DNA of 64,000 nucleotides from Lingula anatina (GCA_051362555.1 CM120645.1:1426001-1490000); one strand, 5' to 3'. Numbered from the stretch's first letter, positions 48,286 to 62,578 are shown. The notes: a model not told the origin generated them from the sequence alone. Program-made: numbers and translations.

Positions 48286-51200
48286 CAAGGAGTTATAACA
48301 GAAGGAGATTACACGCGTGGGGGCGGAGCCCGTATTACGGTCTCTCATTGGTCGGAATGAATAGAACCCAGAGAACAATGGATGCCTATCTCTGTTACGC
48401 TTAATTGTTGCTCTCGTTTAAATCTCGTTTGTTAGTATCTGTGCCTTCGTCTGTTGATTTTTGAGGACAGAAACAGAAACGGAGTCCCAAGTTTCTAAAA
48501 AATGAGAGAAATACAGAATTTATATGATATTACGTTGGACAAGGTTTTCAAAAAAACAGGTAAGTGCTTTTAAATGCATAACTACACGAAATATGAAGAT
48601 AAATTGCAACTTTTATGTCGTAGGGTCTCACTGTGTAAGTGTCCAGCTACACGTTGATCTCGCGAGGTGGTGTGTGGAGAATAAATATTGCACGAAAAAT
48701 ATTTCCCACTCATAACAAGTGCCTATAAATATAGTATCAGATGAAGAAAGTTTGGTCTTTATACAGTTGCAATTGTTAAGTAATTTGTGGCAATAGCAAA
48801 GAATAAAACTTAGGTGCACTTTCAGTAGCCGAATAACAAGCAGATGCTTAAGCCGCCATCTTGTTAATATTTCGAAAAAAAATTACTCCAAAAGACATTT
48901 TCCTCCTACTTTTTGAAACTTGTGTCACATGACAGTCATAAAATTTAACTAATTTTTATGTGTGCAACACACTTGCTTGAGCAGTATTGTTTTTTTATGC
49001 GATTTTACATGTGGTCTAGCTTGGATACGACAATTGACAATTTTCATGAGTTCCGATCAAAAAGTGTTACGCTTGTTACGGCCAAAAGCCTTACCGCTTT
49101 TTGTACTTTTCAAATGCAAGATTATAAAAAAATTTGGTGTGTTTAGATTCTTGAACATCTTGGTCGTGGCGTGGTATATATTGCATGGATACTGCTCCAA
49201 TATTTCTTGAAAAAAATAACCTGATTTGTTCAGAATACCAATTTTTTACTCTAGTGTTATGGGTAAATGTACCATTTTGGCCTTTACCTTTTTCATGTTT
49301 AAATCTAAAAAGACTTATCATGACAGTTGGTCATCATTTTTCTTCTCACCATGGTGGGTGGCTTTGGAGTGGTAACTTTGTTGTTAAAGTAAAGTGCTCA
49401 GTTTTTTTGACTGGAAAATTTTGCCTCCACCCAGCATTTTCCATCATGGCGGTCTAACAGGAAGTTTGACTTCACAGTGTCTTTGGTATAGTTATTTTTA
49501 ACTTATTTAGTCTTCTTTTTACATATGTATGTTTTAATTCATATTAAACCTTTGAAAAAAGAACACACATGAATCCTGGTGCTTCTTAATTTAAAGTCTT
49601 AAGGTTTTAAGTTCACCTAGGCTCCACCAATTACTTAACCTGTTATCTCACTACACATCTCTCTTTGAGTCAAGGTGTGTAAGACACACCTTATTGTGTA
49701 AGACACCTCTATAATTAAGGGGTACTTGCTTCTCTACTTAAATTATACTTCACTACTTTGGCATGTTAGGTGGCAAGCTTGGATGTTTCAGTTCATTTTA
49801 AGAAAGAAGCTTTGCCTTGGTGGTTGCAAAAGAATAGAACTCTATTAAGGTTTATTCATTACTTGAAATTAAATATTTCATCTTGTAGTGTTGAAACAGA
49901 AATTCTCTCAAAATTGATAATGAATTTGACATGCATATCTTAACACTACTCAAGTTTTTTTTTCTATTATAGATGTGGGAGAAGGCTGCATTGAATATAT
50001 GAATTATGGTCAGGCTGGAAAAAATTAAAATATGTCAATGAAAAAAGGAGGTCAGTGTGTCTGGGGTAAGTTACTTTTGTCATAATGCCTAAGATGCATT
50101 AAACATTCACTAACAACAGTACCCTTTTTAATTTTTTTTTTCAAAATACAACAACCTTGGGCATTTTCCTTTTAGCAACCAGCCTCTCTGAAATCCCCTT
50201 TTTGTCCTGTCAGAAGAGTAGGAACCAGGGCGGATTTAAATAATTTCTTGTAATAAGTACAATTTCTTTCAGTTTCTTGGGGTTATTAGCTTGTGATCAT
50301 GAATCTTGATGTTCTATATAAATTTAGTTGTAAATTGTTCATTTATGTGGTGAACATTATTTCAGTCAAGTCATAACAAGACACATTAAACTTCACTGCG
50401 TAATTCCATAATGTCTACATGGATACAAGTAGTTCATAATGCTATTATTATGGTTTTTTTTCTAACCTACAGGTTTCTCTCTTTTCTGAGTGGCATGGCA
50501 TTAGCAAGGCAGAAGAAAAGGCCCTGAAGAAATTCTCACTTGAGTTGTCCTTTTTGGAGAAGAAACTGGATAAGACTGGCCAACAGAGATTGCATTAAAT
50601 TAATAGTGCTCCTTTATGACATTTTAAAATATTTTCAGTCACCTAACTGACTCTATACATTGCAAAAGTGGACATAAATTTTATGTTACTGTTACGTGGA
50701 AAAAAATTCAAAACCTATATATAAATTGTTGAGTGCCATGGTATAACAGTCTACCTGATTGCCAGTGAAATTTCTGTTTCTGTGAAATTTCTTTAAAGCA
50801 GTCACTTACTGCTTACTTACCAGTTAATTTTTTCAGCTGTTACATTTTATAAATGTTCTTACTAAGTGTTGTCTTGATCTATAATAACCTTTTGAAAATC
50901 CCATGTTTTTTATCCTATTTGTAAGAATTAACCACTTTATCTTCTAGGATTTTTTTTTCATTCGGCCCATTAGATTCTCAGACCTTGCTGGCCTGTAAGT
51001 GGAATAGTATCTGGCACAGACTGGTATCAGCAAGTCAGATAAAAAAGAATATAATTATTTCTATTTGCACGGTTGAAAAAAATGCCATCATAGACTGCAT
51101 AAAACTGGAAAACTGTAGCAACTTAATCATTCTTATGACTTCATTTATTACTGCTTATGTGTAAAATTTTTGTTTTTGTTCTTCTATTGATATAATAAAA

Positions 51201-52172
51201 TGGTTTCACTCACAGATGCTACTTTCATGAGTATAGAGTATAGAGTGCTTGAGTATAGAGTTGACTTAAAAGATATTTTAAGTTAATATAGTAAATAATA
51301 GTTTGAAATTCAATATTCTCATCTTTATTTGTTTCACTTTAAAGAGCTCAGTGAATACTAAAATTTCTGATATGTTTTGTACATAAATATATTTATGAAT
51401 GAATAAAAATTATTCTTAATGTATAGCACTGTGCACTTGTTTACCGACAAATATGAACAGTGTTAGTACGTGTCAAATAATCCTGAAAAAAAGGGAAATT
51501 TCCAAGATAAAGAAATTTATAACGAGTATTCAGTAAACTGACGTGTCGTGGCATTGCCTCAACCTTGGACTAAAATTTTAATTAAATGCATTATAATATT
51601 AAAATTATACCGAGTGAGAGAAAAAATACTTTAAGAAATTTAAAACCAGACACAAAGCGTAGGCACTGTCACAATGTATATGTTTATGGGACCTAAGGGC
51701 AGGAGGGTCCAAACGTTAATGTATTAATATTATGTCCTTTGGCAGTGAGGACAGACGTTCACTTGAATGTCATTTTCACAAACCACAGTTGGGACGTTTT
51801 CTTTTGACTTCTCCTTGGTGATTTTTCACCGGGTTGTGCCATAAAAAAGCCATCTATCACCGACTTAAAAAAGCTCATGGCGACCATCCTCAGTCACCAC
51901 CTTATAATCGCTTTCTATGATATCGTTCCCTTCCAGCACATCGTCCAAATAATTACCTGTGAAAAAAATCGTCAGCATACAGCAGCGCTTTGACATTACT
52001 GATCTCGAATTCTAACGCGAAATAACGCATATGAAATTTATCTCCAAGCTGAGGAGAGCGACGCAGACGAAACCTTGAGACCGGAGGCCCCCCGTAGCTA
52101 GCTCCGCCCACCGTAACAGACATCGGACAAAAGAAAGGCTTGCGTGTAATCTCCTTCTGTTATAACTCCTTG
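48286..52172. mobile_element. Non-autonomous P-superfamily-like DNA transposon
   Basis: Perfect 31-bp TIR CAAGGAGTTATAACAGAAGGAGATTACACGC and 7-bp TSD GATAAAC (48279-48285 and 52173-52179). CANRG termini with a 7-8-bp TSD fit the P superfamily. No transposase ORF. Confidence 0.85.
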
Positions 52173-52215
52173 GATAAACGCACGGAGGAAGTGCGCTCAC
52201 CCACCTTTTCGTTAA

Positions 52216-54677
52216 AGGGTTTGCTTCATGCCGTCAGAATGGCCTGAACGGAACATATTCTTCAGAAAACATGCCCAACTAACGATATCTTAATCCAAAT
52301 ACACAAATTAAAAGCTCATTTTGTAAATTTTTGGCTTTAAAAAACGTCCTATTTGCTCGGCCTGGGAGTTAATGAGCTACGAGGTCACGTGGTCCAATGA
52401 CGACAATCGAGCCACTGGAGAACAGAGCGTGCTTAGCTGTCAAACTGAGCTGCATTGTCTACCTGTAAGATGACTTCTCTGGCTTCTGATAAAAGTTTAT
52501 ACTCATTCAAATCTCTTACCCGAGGGGTCTAAATCCTCGTGAAGCTGTGTAAAACCATTTCCCGTCTAGTCATTTCTTTAACAAGCATTTCATGATGGTT
52601 ATCCCAAGTTGTATTAAACACTGCATTTGAATGAGTTAAGGGAAATGTTGATTATTGCATATGAGGTCCATGTTATTTGTGAAATTTAATTTATTTTATT
52701 AAACCGCTGACACTCCGTCTTGCATACTTTTATTAAACTGAGGTAAACAATGCCCGTTACCTTGACAAGTCCTATCTTAATCATCCATCTAACTGGAACT
52801 TCCTTTACCTCTTAATTAGAGGGTTAAATGGCATTCAATTTGTCTTGCTTGTATCGAACGCACTCTCTATCTAAGCTTTACTCCAGTTATCTCAGGTAAA
52901 AATCTACCTGTGCGTTAGTTACAAAGCGCAGCTCCCGTAGACCTGGGGGTACTAGATAAAATCTGAACACCAGGTTTATCGAGGAGCTAGAGAAAGAAAG
53001 GAAGAATTTTTCCTGCACAACTTCATAGGAATTTTAACACGGACTTGATCCAGCTTAGACCTCCAAACTAACAGGGTGACATGGGCAATTTTCACAAACA
53101 AATCATAAAACTATATTTCAGTTAACCGCCTTTAAAATAAATATACCGTTCTGGGTAAATTAAAAAAGTTATTAAATCGCAAGAATATTTTTGACTTAAA
53201 TGATGATTTTATTATTAATGGAAATTAAGCTACTATATGAGGTACATTTGCTGTGATTACGCTGTCGTTCATGTTTTGCGTAAGTCTACATTTTGCTGTA
53301 TGTGCTTGTAATCTTTTTAAATATGTGCGTACAATTTTTGCAGGTCTGGTTACCCCCCTGTTATGTGATGAAAGTATTAATTTGGCAATTAGTTCCTTAG
53401 CTTATTTGAATAGAATTGCAGTGTAAAATTTTCAACAAGATGTTGGCGAAATAGCCCATTACTCTTTGTAGGTATTTCCCCCGTCAAAGTTTGTCTAAAA
53501 TTATCTTTCAATCTTTACTCTTTCAAAGACAGTATAAAGTTACCTGACATATTTTCGTGTAAACTTAATGACAAGCCAAGTGTCTCCAGTTCATTCCGTA
53601 CTCAATTTCACCCAAGCAAATTTTTTTCTTGAGTAGATCTTTATAGCACGGTGTTATAAGCTTACAAATTTGCAAAAAAAAAAAATGCGTACTGACGCAG
53701 AATTTGCGTTTCAAGTTATAAAATGATCAATCTTTTAAATTATTTAATATTTCAGATGAAATAATCTTCAGAAACAAATCCTCAAAGCATAAACTAATTA
53801 GGATAACGAACCATTTTATTATAGCAGTTCCCATTTTTTCTTTAATATAACGCTCTTTTTCCTGTTTTTCCTCAACACGTTTTCTTCCACGGAAGCTTCA
53901 AGATACCCTGAGAGCAATTTCTTTTATTAATGTTCGCGACCGTGTTTGAACTTAATTGTTTAAGTATTGATATTTAACGTCATTTACAAATACCAATAAA
54001 ATAACCCCATGAAATAAATGAGATATATTGAAAAATATGAAAGCCCACCAAGACGAGTTTCATACCTGTTATTACCTGGCTTGGGAATTGCAGAGGTGCA
54101 TAATTAACAGGTTTGTTGTAAACGAGCTTTTGGTCAACTACAATGCATTTGAAATGCATCAGCAATCAGTAAGTTTGCCAACTGATGACAGTTAATCTGA
54201 AAGACTACCAGCTCTTGATATGATCTAAACCACCTGAGGTGACCATGATCTAGAGCATCGCAACTATTGTCACCGAAGTTAGTAAGTCACGGAAGACCGT
54301 CACAGACAAAGAAAGATTGTCAACGAGAGCTGCAATTTTGCTGAATCCCACGGCAACACACCGAGGCATAACGAAAATTCCTCAACTCCGTTCAACACAA
54401 CTTTCCTTAACTTCTCCGTCTGTACAGTATGCACCATGCAGCTCAGTTGAGTCTCATAGACCTTTATCGTGATTGTCGTCACAGTACCACGTGACCCAGA
54501 TCTGTTGCTTCATTTTTGCATATTGAGGTGAGGTTTACTAAAACGCTTTTTTTTCTACTAATAGATTTTTTTATAATTTTTAAATGGCGGGGATCGATTA
54601 AAACATACCTCTAGTGTATAGATTGAGTGCTGTATCTTCAAAATTCGAGAAATGGATTTTTACATGAACATTGTCCT
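52216..54677. mobile_element. Kolobok-like non-autonomous element, copy 1 of a tandem dimer
   Basis: TTAA|AGG...CCT|TTAA, imperfect TIR (AGGgtttgcTTCATG / CATGAAcattgtCCT) and a subterminal inverted ggtcacgtggt / accacgtgacc. Confidence 0.75.
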
Positions 54678-54681
54678 TTAA

Positions 54682-57142
54682 AGGGTTTGCTTCATGCCGT
54701 CAGAATGGCCTGAACGGAACATATTCTTCAGAAAACATGCCCAACTAACGATATCTTAATCCAAATACACAAATTAAAAGCTCATTTTGTAAATTTTTGG
54801 CTTTAAAAAACGTCCTATTTGCTCGGCCTGGGAGTTAATGAGCTACGAGGTCACGTGGTCCAATGACGACAATCGAGCCACTGGAGAACAGAGCGTGCTT
54901 AGCTGTCAAACTGAGCTGCATTGTCTACCTGTAAGATGACTTCTCTGGCTTCTGATAAAAGTTTATACTCATTCAAATCTCTTACCCGAGGGGTCTAAAT
55001 CCTCGTGAAGCTGTGTAAAACCATTTCCCGTCTAGTCATTTCTTTAACAAGCATTTCATGATGGTTATCCCAAGTTGTATTAAACACTGCATTTGAATGA
55101 GTTAAGGGAAATGTTGATTATTGCATATGAGGTCCATGTTATTTGTGAAATTTAATTTATTTTATTAAACCGCTGACACTCCGTCTTGCATACTTTTATT
55201 AAACTGAGGTAAACAATGCCCGTTACCTTGACAAGTCCTATCTTAATCATCCATCTAACTGGAACTTCCTTTACCTCTTAATTAGAGGGTTAAATGGCAT
55301 TCAATTTGTCTTGCTTGTATCGAACGCACTCTCTATCTAAGCTTTACTCCAGTTATCTCAGGTAAAAATCTACCTGTGCGTTAGTTACAAAGCGCAGCTC
55401 CCGTAGACCTGGGGGTACTAGATAAAATCTGAACACCAGGTTTATCGAGGAGCTAGAGAAAGAAAGGAAGAATTTTTCCTGCACAACTTCATAGGAATTT
55501 TAACACGGACTTGATCCAGCTTAGACCTCCAAACTAACAGGGTGACATGGGCAATTTTCACAAACAAATCATAAAACTATATTTCAGTTAACCGCCTTTA
55601 AAATAAATATACCGTTCTGGGTAAATTAAAAAAGTTATTAAATCGCAAGAATATTTTTGACTTAAATGATGATTTTATTATTAATGGAAATTAAGCTACT
55701 ATATGAGGTACATTTGCTGTGATTACGCTGTCGTTCATGTTTTGCGTAAGTCTACATTTTGCTGTATGTGCTTGTAATCTTTTTAAATATGTGCGTACAA
55801 TTTTTGCAGGTCTGGTTACCCCCCTGTTATGTGATGAAAGTATTAATTTGGCAATTAGTTCCTTAGCTTATTTGAATAGAATTGCAGTGTAAAATTTTCA
55901 ACAAGATGTTGGCGAAATAGCCCATTACTCTTTGTAGGTATTTCCCCCGTCAAAGTTTGTCTAAAATTATCTTTCAATCTTTACTCTTTCAAAGACAGTA
56001 TAAAGTTACCTGACATATTTTCGTGTAAACTTAATGACAAGCCAAGTGTCTCCAGTTCATTCCGTACTCAATTTCACCCAAGCAAATTTTTTTCTTGAGT
56101 AGATCTTTATAGCACGGTGTTATAAGCTTACAAATTTGCAAAAAAAAAAATGCGTACTGACGCAGAATTTGCGTTTCAAGTTATAAAATGATCAATCTTT
56201 TAAATTATTTAATATTTCAGATGAAATAATCTTCAGAAACAAATCCTCAAAGCATAAACTAATTAGGATAACGAACCATTTTATTATAGCAGTTCCCATT
56301 TTTTCTTTAATATAACGCTCTTTTTCCTGTTTTTCCTCAACACGTTTTCTTCCACGGAAGCTTCAAGATACCCTGAGAGCAATTTCTTTTATTAATGTTC
56401 GCGACCGTGTTTGAACTTAATTGTTTAAGTATTGATATTTAACGTCATTTACAAATACCAATAAAATAACCCCATGAAATAAATGAGATATATTGAAAAA
56501 TATGAAAGCCCACCAAGACGAGTTTCATACCTGTTATTACCTGGCTTGGGAATTGCAGAGGTGCATAATTAACAGGTTTGTTGTAAACGAGCTTTTGGTC
56601 AACTACAATGCATTTGAAATGCATCAGCAATCAGTAAGTTTGCCAACTGATGACAGTTAATCTGAAAGACTACCAGCTCTTGATATGATCTAAACCACCT
56701 GAGGTGACCATGATCTAGAGCATCGCAACTATTGTCACCGAAGTTAGTAAGTCACGGAAGACCGTCACAGACAAAGAAAGATTGTCAACGAGAGCTGCAA
56801 TTTTGCTGAATCCCACGGCAACACACCGAGGCATAACGAAAATTCCTCAACTCCGTTCAACACAACTTTCCTTAACTTCTCCGTCTGTACAGTATGCACC
56901 ATGCAGCTCAGTTGAGTCTCATAGACCTTTATCGTGATTGTCGTCACAGTACCACGTGACCCAGATCTGTTGCTTCATTTTTGCATATTGAGGTGAGGTT
57001 TACTAAAACGCTTTTTTTTCTACTAATAGATTTTTTTATAATTTTTAAATGGCGGGGATCGATTAAAACATACCTCTAGTGTATAGATTGAGTGCTGTAT
57101 CTTCAAAATTCGAGAAATGGATTTTTACATGAACATTGTCCT
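54682..57142. mobile_element. Kolobok-like non-autonomous element, copy 2 of the tandem dimer
   Basis: Essentially identical to copy 1 (1 bp shorter in an A run). Shares one TTAA at 54678-54681 and is followed by TTAA at 57143-57146. Confidence 0.75.
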
Positions 57143-57177
57143 TTAACACGTACATTGAAAGCAAGTTGAACGTACGA

Positions 57178-57644
57178 CCCAGCAGGCATAGTTGCGTTGG
57201 ATCAACGTTGAAAACAGGTTGATACGTTGAATTGCCGTTGATCTACCTAAATTCAAAGTTAAATCATCGTTGATCCAGCCACGTCGAAACACCGTCATAA
57301 TGTGACGTTGACTCAACGTTGTATTTTGGTCAATGACACAACCTTGCAGGTATGGATTGTAATTTAAAATATTAATTATTGAAAACATGATACTTTAATT
57401 ATCAATACTGTAACTAAATTTATCAATATAATAACAAAAGGGGTTTAAAGTAAAAGTGACAGTTGTTTTGTGTCTTTAGTTAAGTAGTGAATTTTCTTAA
57501 CTTGTTATTCAGAAATACATTCCAATAAACTGAAATACTTGCAAGGTCAGCTAACACTAGGATGAATAAGTTGCTGTAAATGTGATGGAGTTAACAGTTC
57601 TTGGTAACCTGTTATAGATAGACAGGTTGAGGTGACTGTGACTT

Positions 57645-57689
<45 letters not shown>

Positions 57690-57940
57690 TTGGAAATTTT
57701 AACTTAACGGCCATACATTTCTACACTACATATAATTAGCCATCAAACATGTCCTACTGCTAAACACATCCAGGCTAATTTCCCGCTGGGTTCGGTTGAT
57801 ATAACATTGTTTTCTGACGTTGATACAACGTTGTTATCTGAGGTTGACACAACTTTCAAATCCAACGTTTATCCAATGTCTACTCAACGTTATGGTTCAA
57901 CGTTGTTTCAACGTTAAAACAACATAATTTGCCCGCTGGG
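57178..57940. mobile_element. CMC/EnSpm-like non-autonomous element
   Basis: CCCAGC...GCTGGG termini, GA 2-bp TSD, caacgttg subterminal repeats and an internal (TA)n. Confidence 0.8.
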
Positions 57941-58327
57941 GAGTCTCTTGCGTCGTAAGTATACGTCTTTGAGGTAAAATACCCCGGAATTTCTGCATGC
58001 TTTTCCTGCGTTACACGCACGCCCAGAGCATTTACTAAGTACTTTTGTCTTGCGTGTTACGAGCGTGCTCCAGGCGTTCTATTTGTCGCAGACAGGTCGT
58101 AGCGAAAAACTGGCCGGCCAGTTTTCGGGCTGCGTGCTTTGCGTCGTGTTTGCGTCCACCAAAAACAGTACGTTCCACGTGCGTGTATCTTACTACTTGG
58201 CCATTTTTTTTTTCACGCAAACCGCTCGTAGAAGCACACACGAATGGTTGTAAGAGTAGCTTAACTGGTGACGGAACAAACGTATGTACACGTATGTAAT
58301 ATTAGATCGTCTCAGACAGCACACTAC

Positions 58328-59292
58328 CCAGCAGGCATAGTGACGTTGAATCAACGTTGAAAACAGGTTGATACGTTGAATTGCCGTTGATCTACCTAAA
58401 TTCAACGTAAAATCAACGTTGATCCAGCCACGTCAAAACACCGTCATAATGTGACGTTGACTAAACGTTGTATTTTGGTCATTGACTCAACGTTGTTGTT
58501 TGGCAGTCGTGATGCAAGACATGGATTGTAATCTAAAATATTAATTATTGAAAACATAATACTTTGTTTATCAATACTGTAACTAACTTTATCAAAACAT
58601 TTAAAGTGTTTTAAAGTAAAAGTGACAGTTGTTTTGTGTCTTTAGTGAACTAGTGAATTTTATTAACTTGTTATTCAGAAATACATTCCAATAAACTTCC
58701 TTGCAAGGTCAGCTAACACTGGGATGATTAAGTCGCTGCATATATGCCCTACATATATTATATTATATTATATTATATTATATTATATTATAATATAATA
58801 TAATATAATATAATATAATATAATATAATATTATATTATATTATCTTATATTATAATATAATATAATATAATATAATATAATATAATATATTATATTATA
58901 TTATATTATATTATATTATATTATATATACCCTACATATATTAAGCCATCCTAATGCTAAACACATCCAGGCTAAAAGGGTGTACCATGCTTCGGTGCAA
59001 AACATGCTTACATGTAGGAGCTAAATGCATTGAAAAAAATCAGAAAAAGCGGGCGCTTGGATGTTTTTACAGTGTACGTTACAATTGTGTACCTGTGTTT
59101 TGTACCAAAAATAAAAACATTTCAGGTCATTTTAAAGTCTTTTCACGCAAGAATGTTGTCTAACAATTGGGGTTGATACAATGTTGTTATCTGACGTTCA
59201 TTCAACTTTCAAATCCAACGTTTATCCAACGTCTTATCAACGTTATGGTTCAACGTTGTTTCAACGTTAAAACAACATAATTTGCCCGCTGG
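58328..59292. mobile_element. CMC/EnSpm-like non-autonomous element, third copy, with an internal (ATATT/ATATA)n tract
   Basis: Same ends as 57178-57940; pentamer microsatellite at about 58755-58925. Confidence 0.78.
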
Positions 59293-60289
59293 TGTCTGTA
59301 CACAGGCAGACGCACATTGATTCATTCCTATTTATAAATAAATAATTTATTGTTTGAAGATAAAGTGGTTTTGTTCGTTGAGAGTTATTAGACGATAAAT
59401 AATTTATATACGTTTAGGCATAAGCGAATTAGAATAGTAATATATATTTATTTGTGTGTGCAACCTCCCCTCCCCCCATAAAAAAACACGTAGTTAATTA
59501 CGATATGGGTTGTCGTACAAATTATAATCCTTTAAAGGTTTAACGTCAGCCTTCTTAGTGTTCAAAAGCGCATAATAAGATTTCACGAAGTAGATTAACC
59601 GTCAACTATTTTTCAAATGTTTCATAGTAACAGCCTGTTTCATCAATAAAAACTGACCAATATGTGCACCCAGATATAAGAAAATGTTAGAAAAACTTTG
59701 ACCCCACGTAGATTCTGTCCGCACTTTATGCTCCATTTGCAAATTATAATTTACAATGAGCTCCTTTAGTACCGTTGATGATTTGCCTGTTGATTGCCCA
59801 GAGCTGTGTTTTTTGCAATGTCGCCTTTTTTCCACGAACGATGATACAATCTACACCTAACAAACATTACGTAATGCTAAATGTAGCACAATGCTTCATA
59901 AATGACCATGAATATCGGAAGTGATGGGATATCCTACCAACTATTAAATCAATATTTATGTAAATTTACTAGTTTAAGGAAACGTATTTCTTTTCATTTC
60001 ATTGATCTATAGGTATATTTATATTATACTTGGCTATACGTTTGTTTAAACAGTATCTGAAGGGTAGGTGTTAGCTTCATTGCGTTGTAGAGGTTGGCTT
60101 GCGTTTCTTTGGCTTAACAAAAGGGTTAGTACATGATATCATTTATAAAACAAAAAAGTGTTTTTCTGTTGTAATTGATAAAATGACATGGTAAACTTTA
60201 CAGTGGATCAAGCTGAAAGGGACTATTTCACAAGAGGGAATTAAATGACAATAGCAAAACAGTTATTAACCTTGGTACTTACGTGCGAT

Positions 60290-60930
60290 CTTAGGTCCTG
60301 AATATTGAAAACATCACCTGATTTTGCTGACTGGCAGTTTTGAAGTATCGGTAATAAATAACTTATAAAACTAAGTGTAGCTGTGCACAATTGCATTGAT
60401 AGCAGAAGTAGAGTGTCCGCTTAATTGATATAATGATATGATGAACTTAACATTGAATCAAGATGGAGGGGAAGACAATAGCGAAACAATTATTAACCTT
60501 GATATTGACATACGGACACCCGGGTGTCCATCATACATAAACGCAAACTAACAAACAAAAACAACCAAGACAATTCAGAACAGTGTTATCATTTATTTTT
60601 GGTTTGGTTGAAATCTTATAAACATAGACAATGACTGAAGTGGGTGCACCGCACAGCCCAACTTGCTGACTGCCTCACTCCACCTCTGCTGTCAGTGAAG
60701 TTGTAGACAGTGGCACATAGTTTAATAAGTTATCTTTTACTAATATAATTGTCACGTAGCAGAACGAGGTGATGTTGTCAATAACCAGGACTTAAGTTCT
60801 GCAAAACTCTACTTCTGCTATCAATTTAGTTGTACACAGTGACACTTGGTTTAATAAGTTATCTTTTACTTCAAAATTGTCACGCAGCAAAATCATGTTG
60901 TTAATAATCAGGACCAAAGTCCAGGCTGTA
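60290..60930. repeat. Diverged short repeat units in inverted and direct arrangement
   Basis: 60290-60415 is an imperfect reverse complement of 60805-60900. The motif gtttaataagttat recurs at 60720, 60850 and about 47014. Confidence 0.55.
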
Positions 60931-62460
60931 TTAACAGGGAGCATGTTATAAGCGACTTAAGCAGTAATAAAATGTAATTCATGTTGGTGTCAGCTTTAAG
61001 CCTAATTAGTTCTGTATTTATTTTTCTTCAAAATTTACACACTAAAGATTAGAAAAAAAGATGCCATTCTTAGCACTTTATATATCAAAAAATATTTTAG
61101 GAATATTACACAAAACAGATCGTTTATTTAAATTTGTATGGTGACAGAGGTCATTTTTCTCCATCTTGAAAAGAACCCCGCCCTTTTTCTTTGAACCCTT
61201 TCATAAGCAGTTGATATCTCAATTAAGGCACTTACCAAATGTAATGTGTGTTGAAATAGAGAAGGGGGCATTGTGATAGTAGTTAGGAGGACAGACTCAT
61301 GCTGTACCCCTAATATATCAAGAGGGAGAGACTGGGAGAGAGAGGAGAGGGAGAGGGGGAGAAGGAAAACTAAAGTTGAGAGAGAAGGGGATGAGGGAGG
61401 AAACATCTACTTTTCAATCTTATTATTGGTTGAAAAAAAGCACATAGGAAGCATTTAACTTTAAATTTACCATGTTGTTTACACGAACAAGACTGAGAAA
61501 GAGGTATAGTATATAGGAGAGTGAGAGAGAGTTTGCAAGTAGTAAGCCTCAAACTGTACCTCTAAAACATCAATCTATCTGCCGTCTTTTACTGGTATTC
61601 TTCAGAAGAATTCATTAAGGAAGTCTTCTACATCATTGGTACTCCATGCTCAGTGAGCTCTTGCACAAAGACGTTTTGTCAGAGTTTTCCATCACGAAGA
61701 CGGGTCCTTATACATTTTAAGTCTTCAAAAGTGACATTCATTAAGCTGCGTTAAGATTTTCTTCTAATGCAGTAACAAACTGCGTTTCTCAAATGTTGTC
61801 AGGTAATGTTGTTGACATCATGAGTTCTAAAATTTTTTTTTCGTGTCACGTAGTTATCTGGTACTAGAGCTCCTTATTTCCAAAAAAAAAAAGCATTGCT
61901 TTATCGCAAAATATTCGCTACCATTGCTTTTGCAGCAAGCGATGTTCACTTTGATCTGTTCTTTGCAAACGTTTCAGTCATCGATGACTCCCAGTAATAT
62001 TCGGCATGTGTACAGCATCTCGACTCCACCTTCAAATGATGAGACTGCGCACAGAAGCTCCTTATATTATGGCGAATGATCACATGGGTGCTGACCTCTG
62101 ATACAGGCTCTAATCTGAATAAATATTGCGGTGCATATGGATGACGCATTGACAATGAATCAGATTGAAAGGACTGAAGCCGGGTGTTATCTGTTTAATA
62201 CCCACCATGTTCATTATATCACCAAACAAAAAAAAAATAGAATTTTAATTTTTATGCGTATGACAGCGCTACATGTATGACGTATATGTCTAGCTTTAGC
62301 AGCCCTAGGGTTTAAACTGTGGGGTATGAGTTGTTTTTTTTTCTGTGTGGTGAGCGCCCGGAAATAACGTCTGTGTTTAATAAAGAGAAGATCGCAGAAA
62401 GTGAGATTTTATTTTTTAAAACATGTCAAGTTTATATCGGACAAGTGATCTATTATTTAG

Positions 62461-62578
62461 CAATACACTTGAGTTTGCTGGAGGGAAGTTGGACATAACT
62501 CTAACGGTCCAACAAATAGAAAACACCTGTAACCGGTCAATGAGTTGTGAACGTGGCCAGTTCTACTGTCATTTGTTG
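62461..62578 (+). CDS. Possible internal exon of an unidentified gene
   Basis: tttag acceptor and gt donor around NTLEFAGGKLDITLTVQQIENTCNRSMSCERGQFYCHLL; its phase-0 end matches the next candidate exon. Confidence 0.3.

Noticed and set aside
61550-62160. Coding-like minus-strand stretch
   Set aside because: Multiple stops and no motif I can recognise; BLASTx would be needed.
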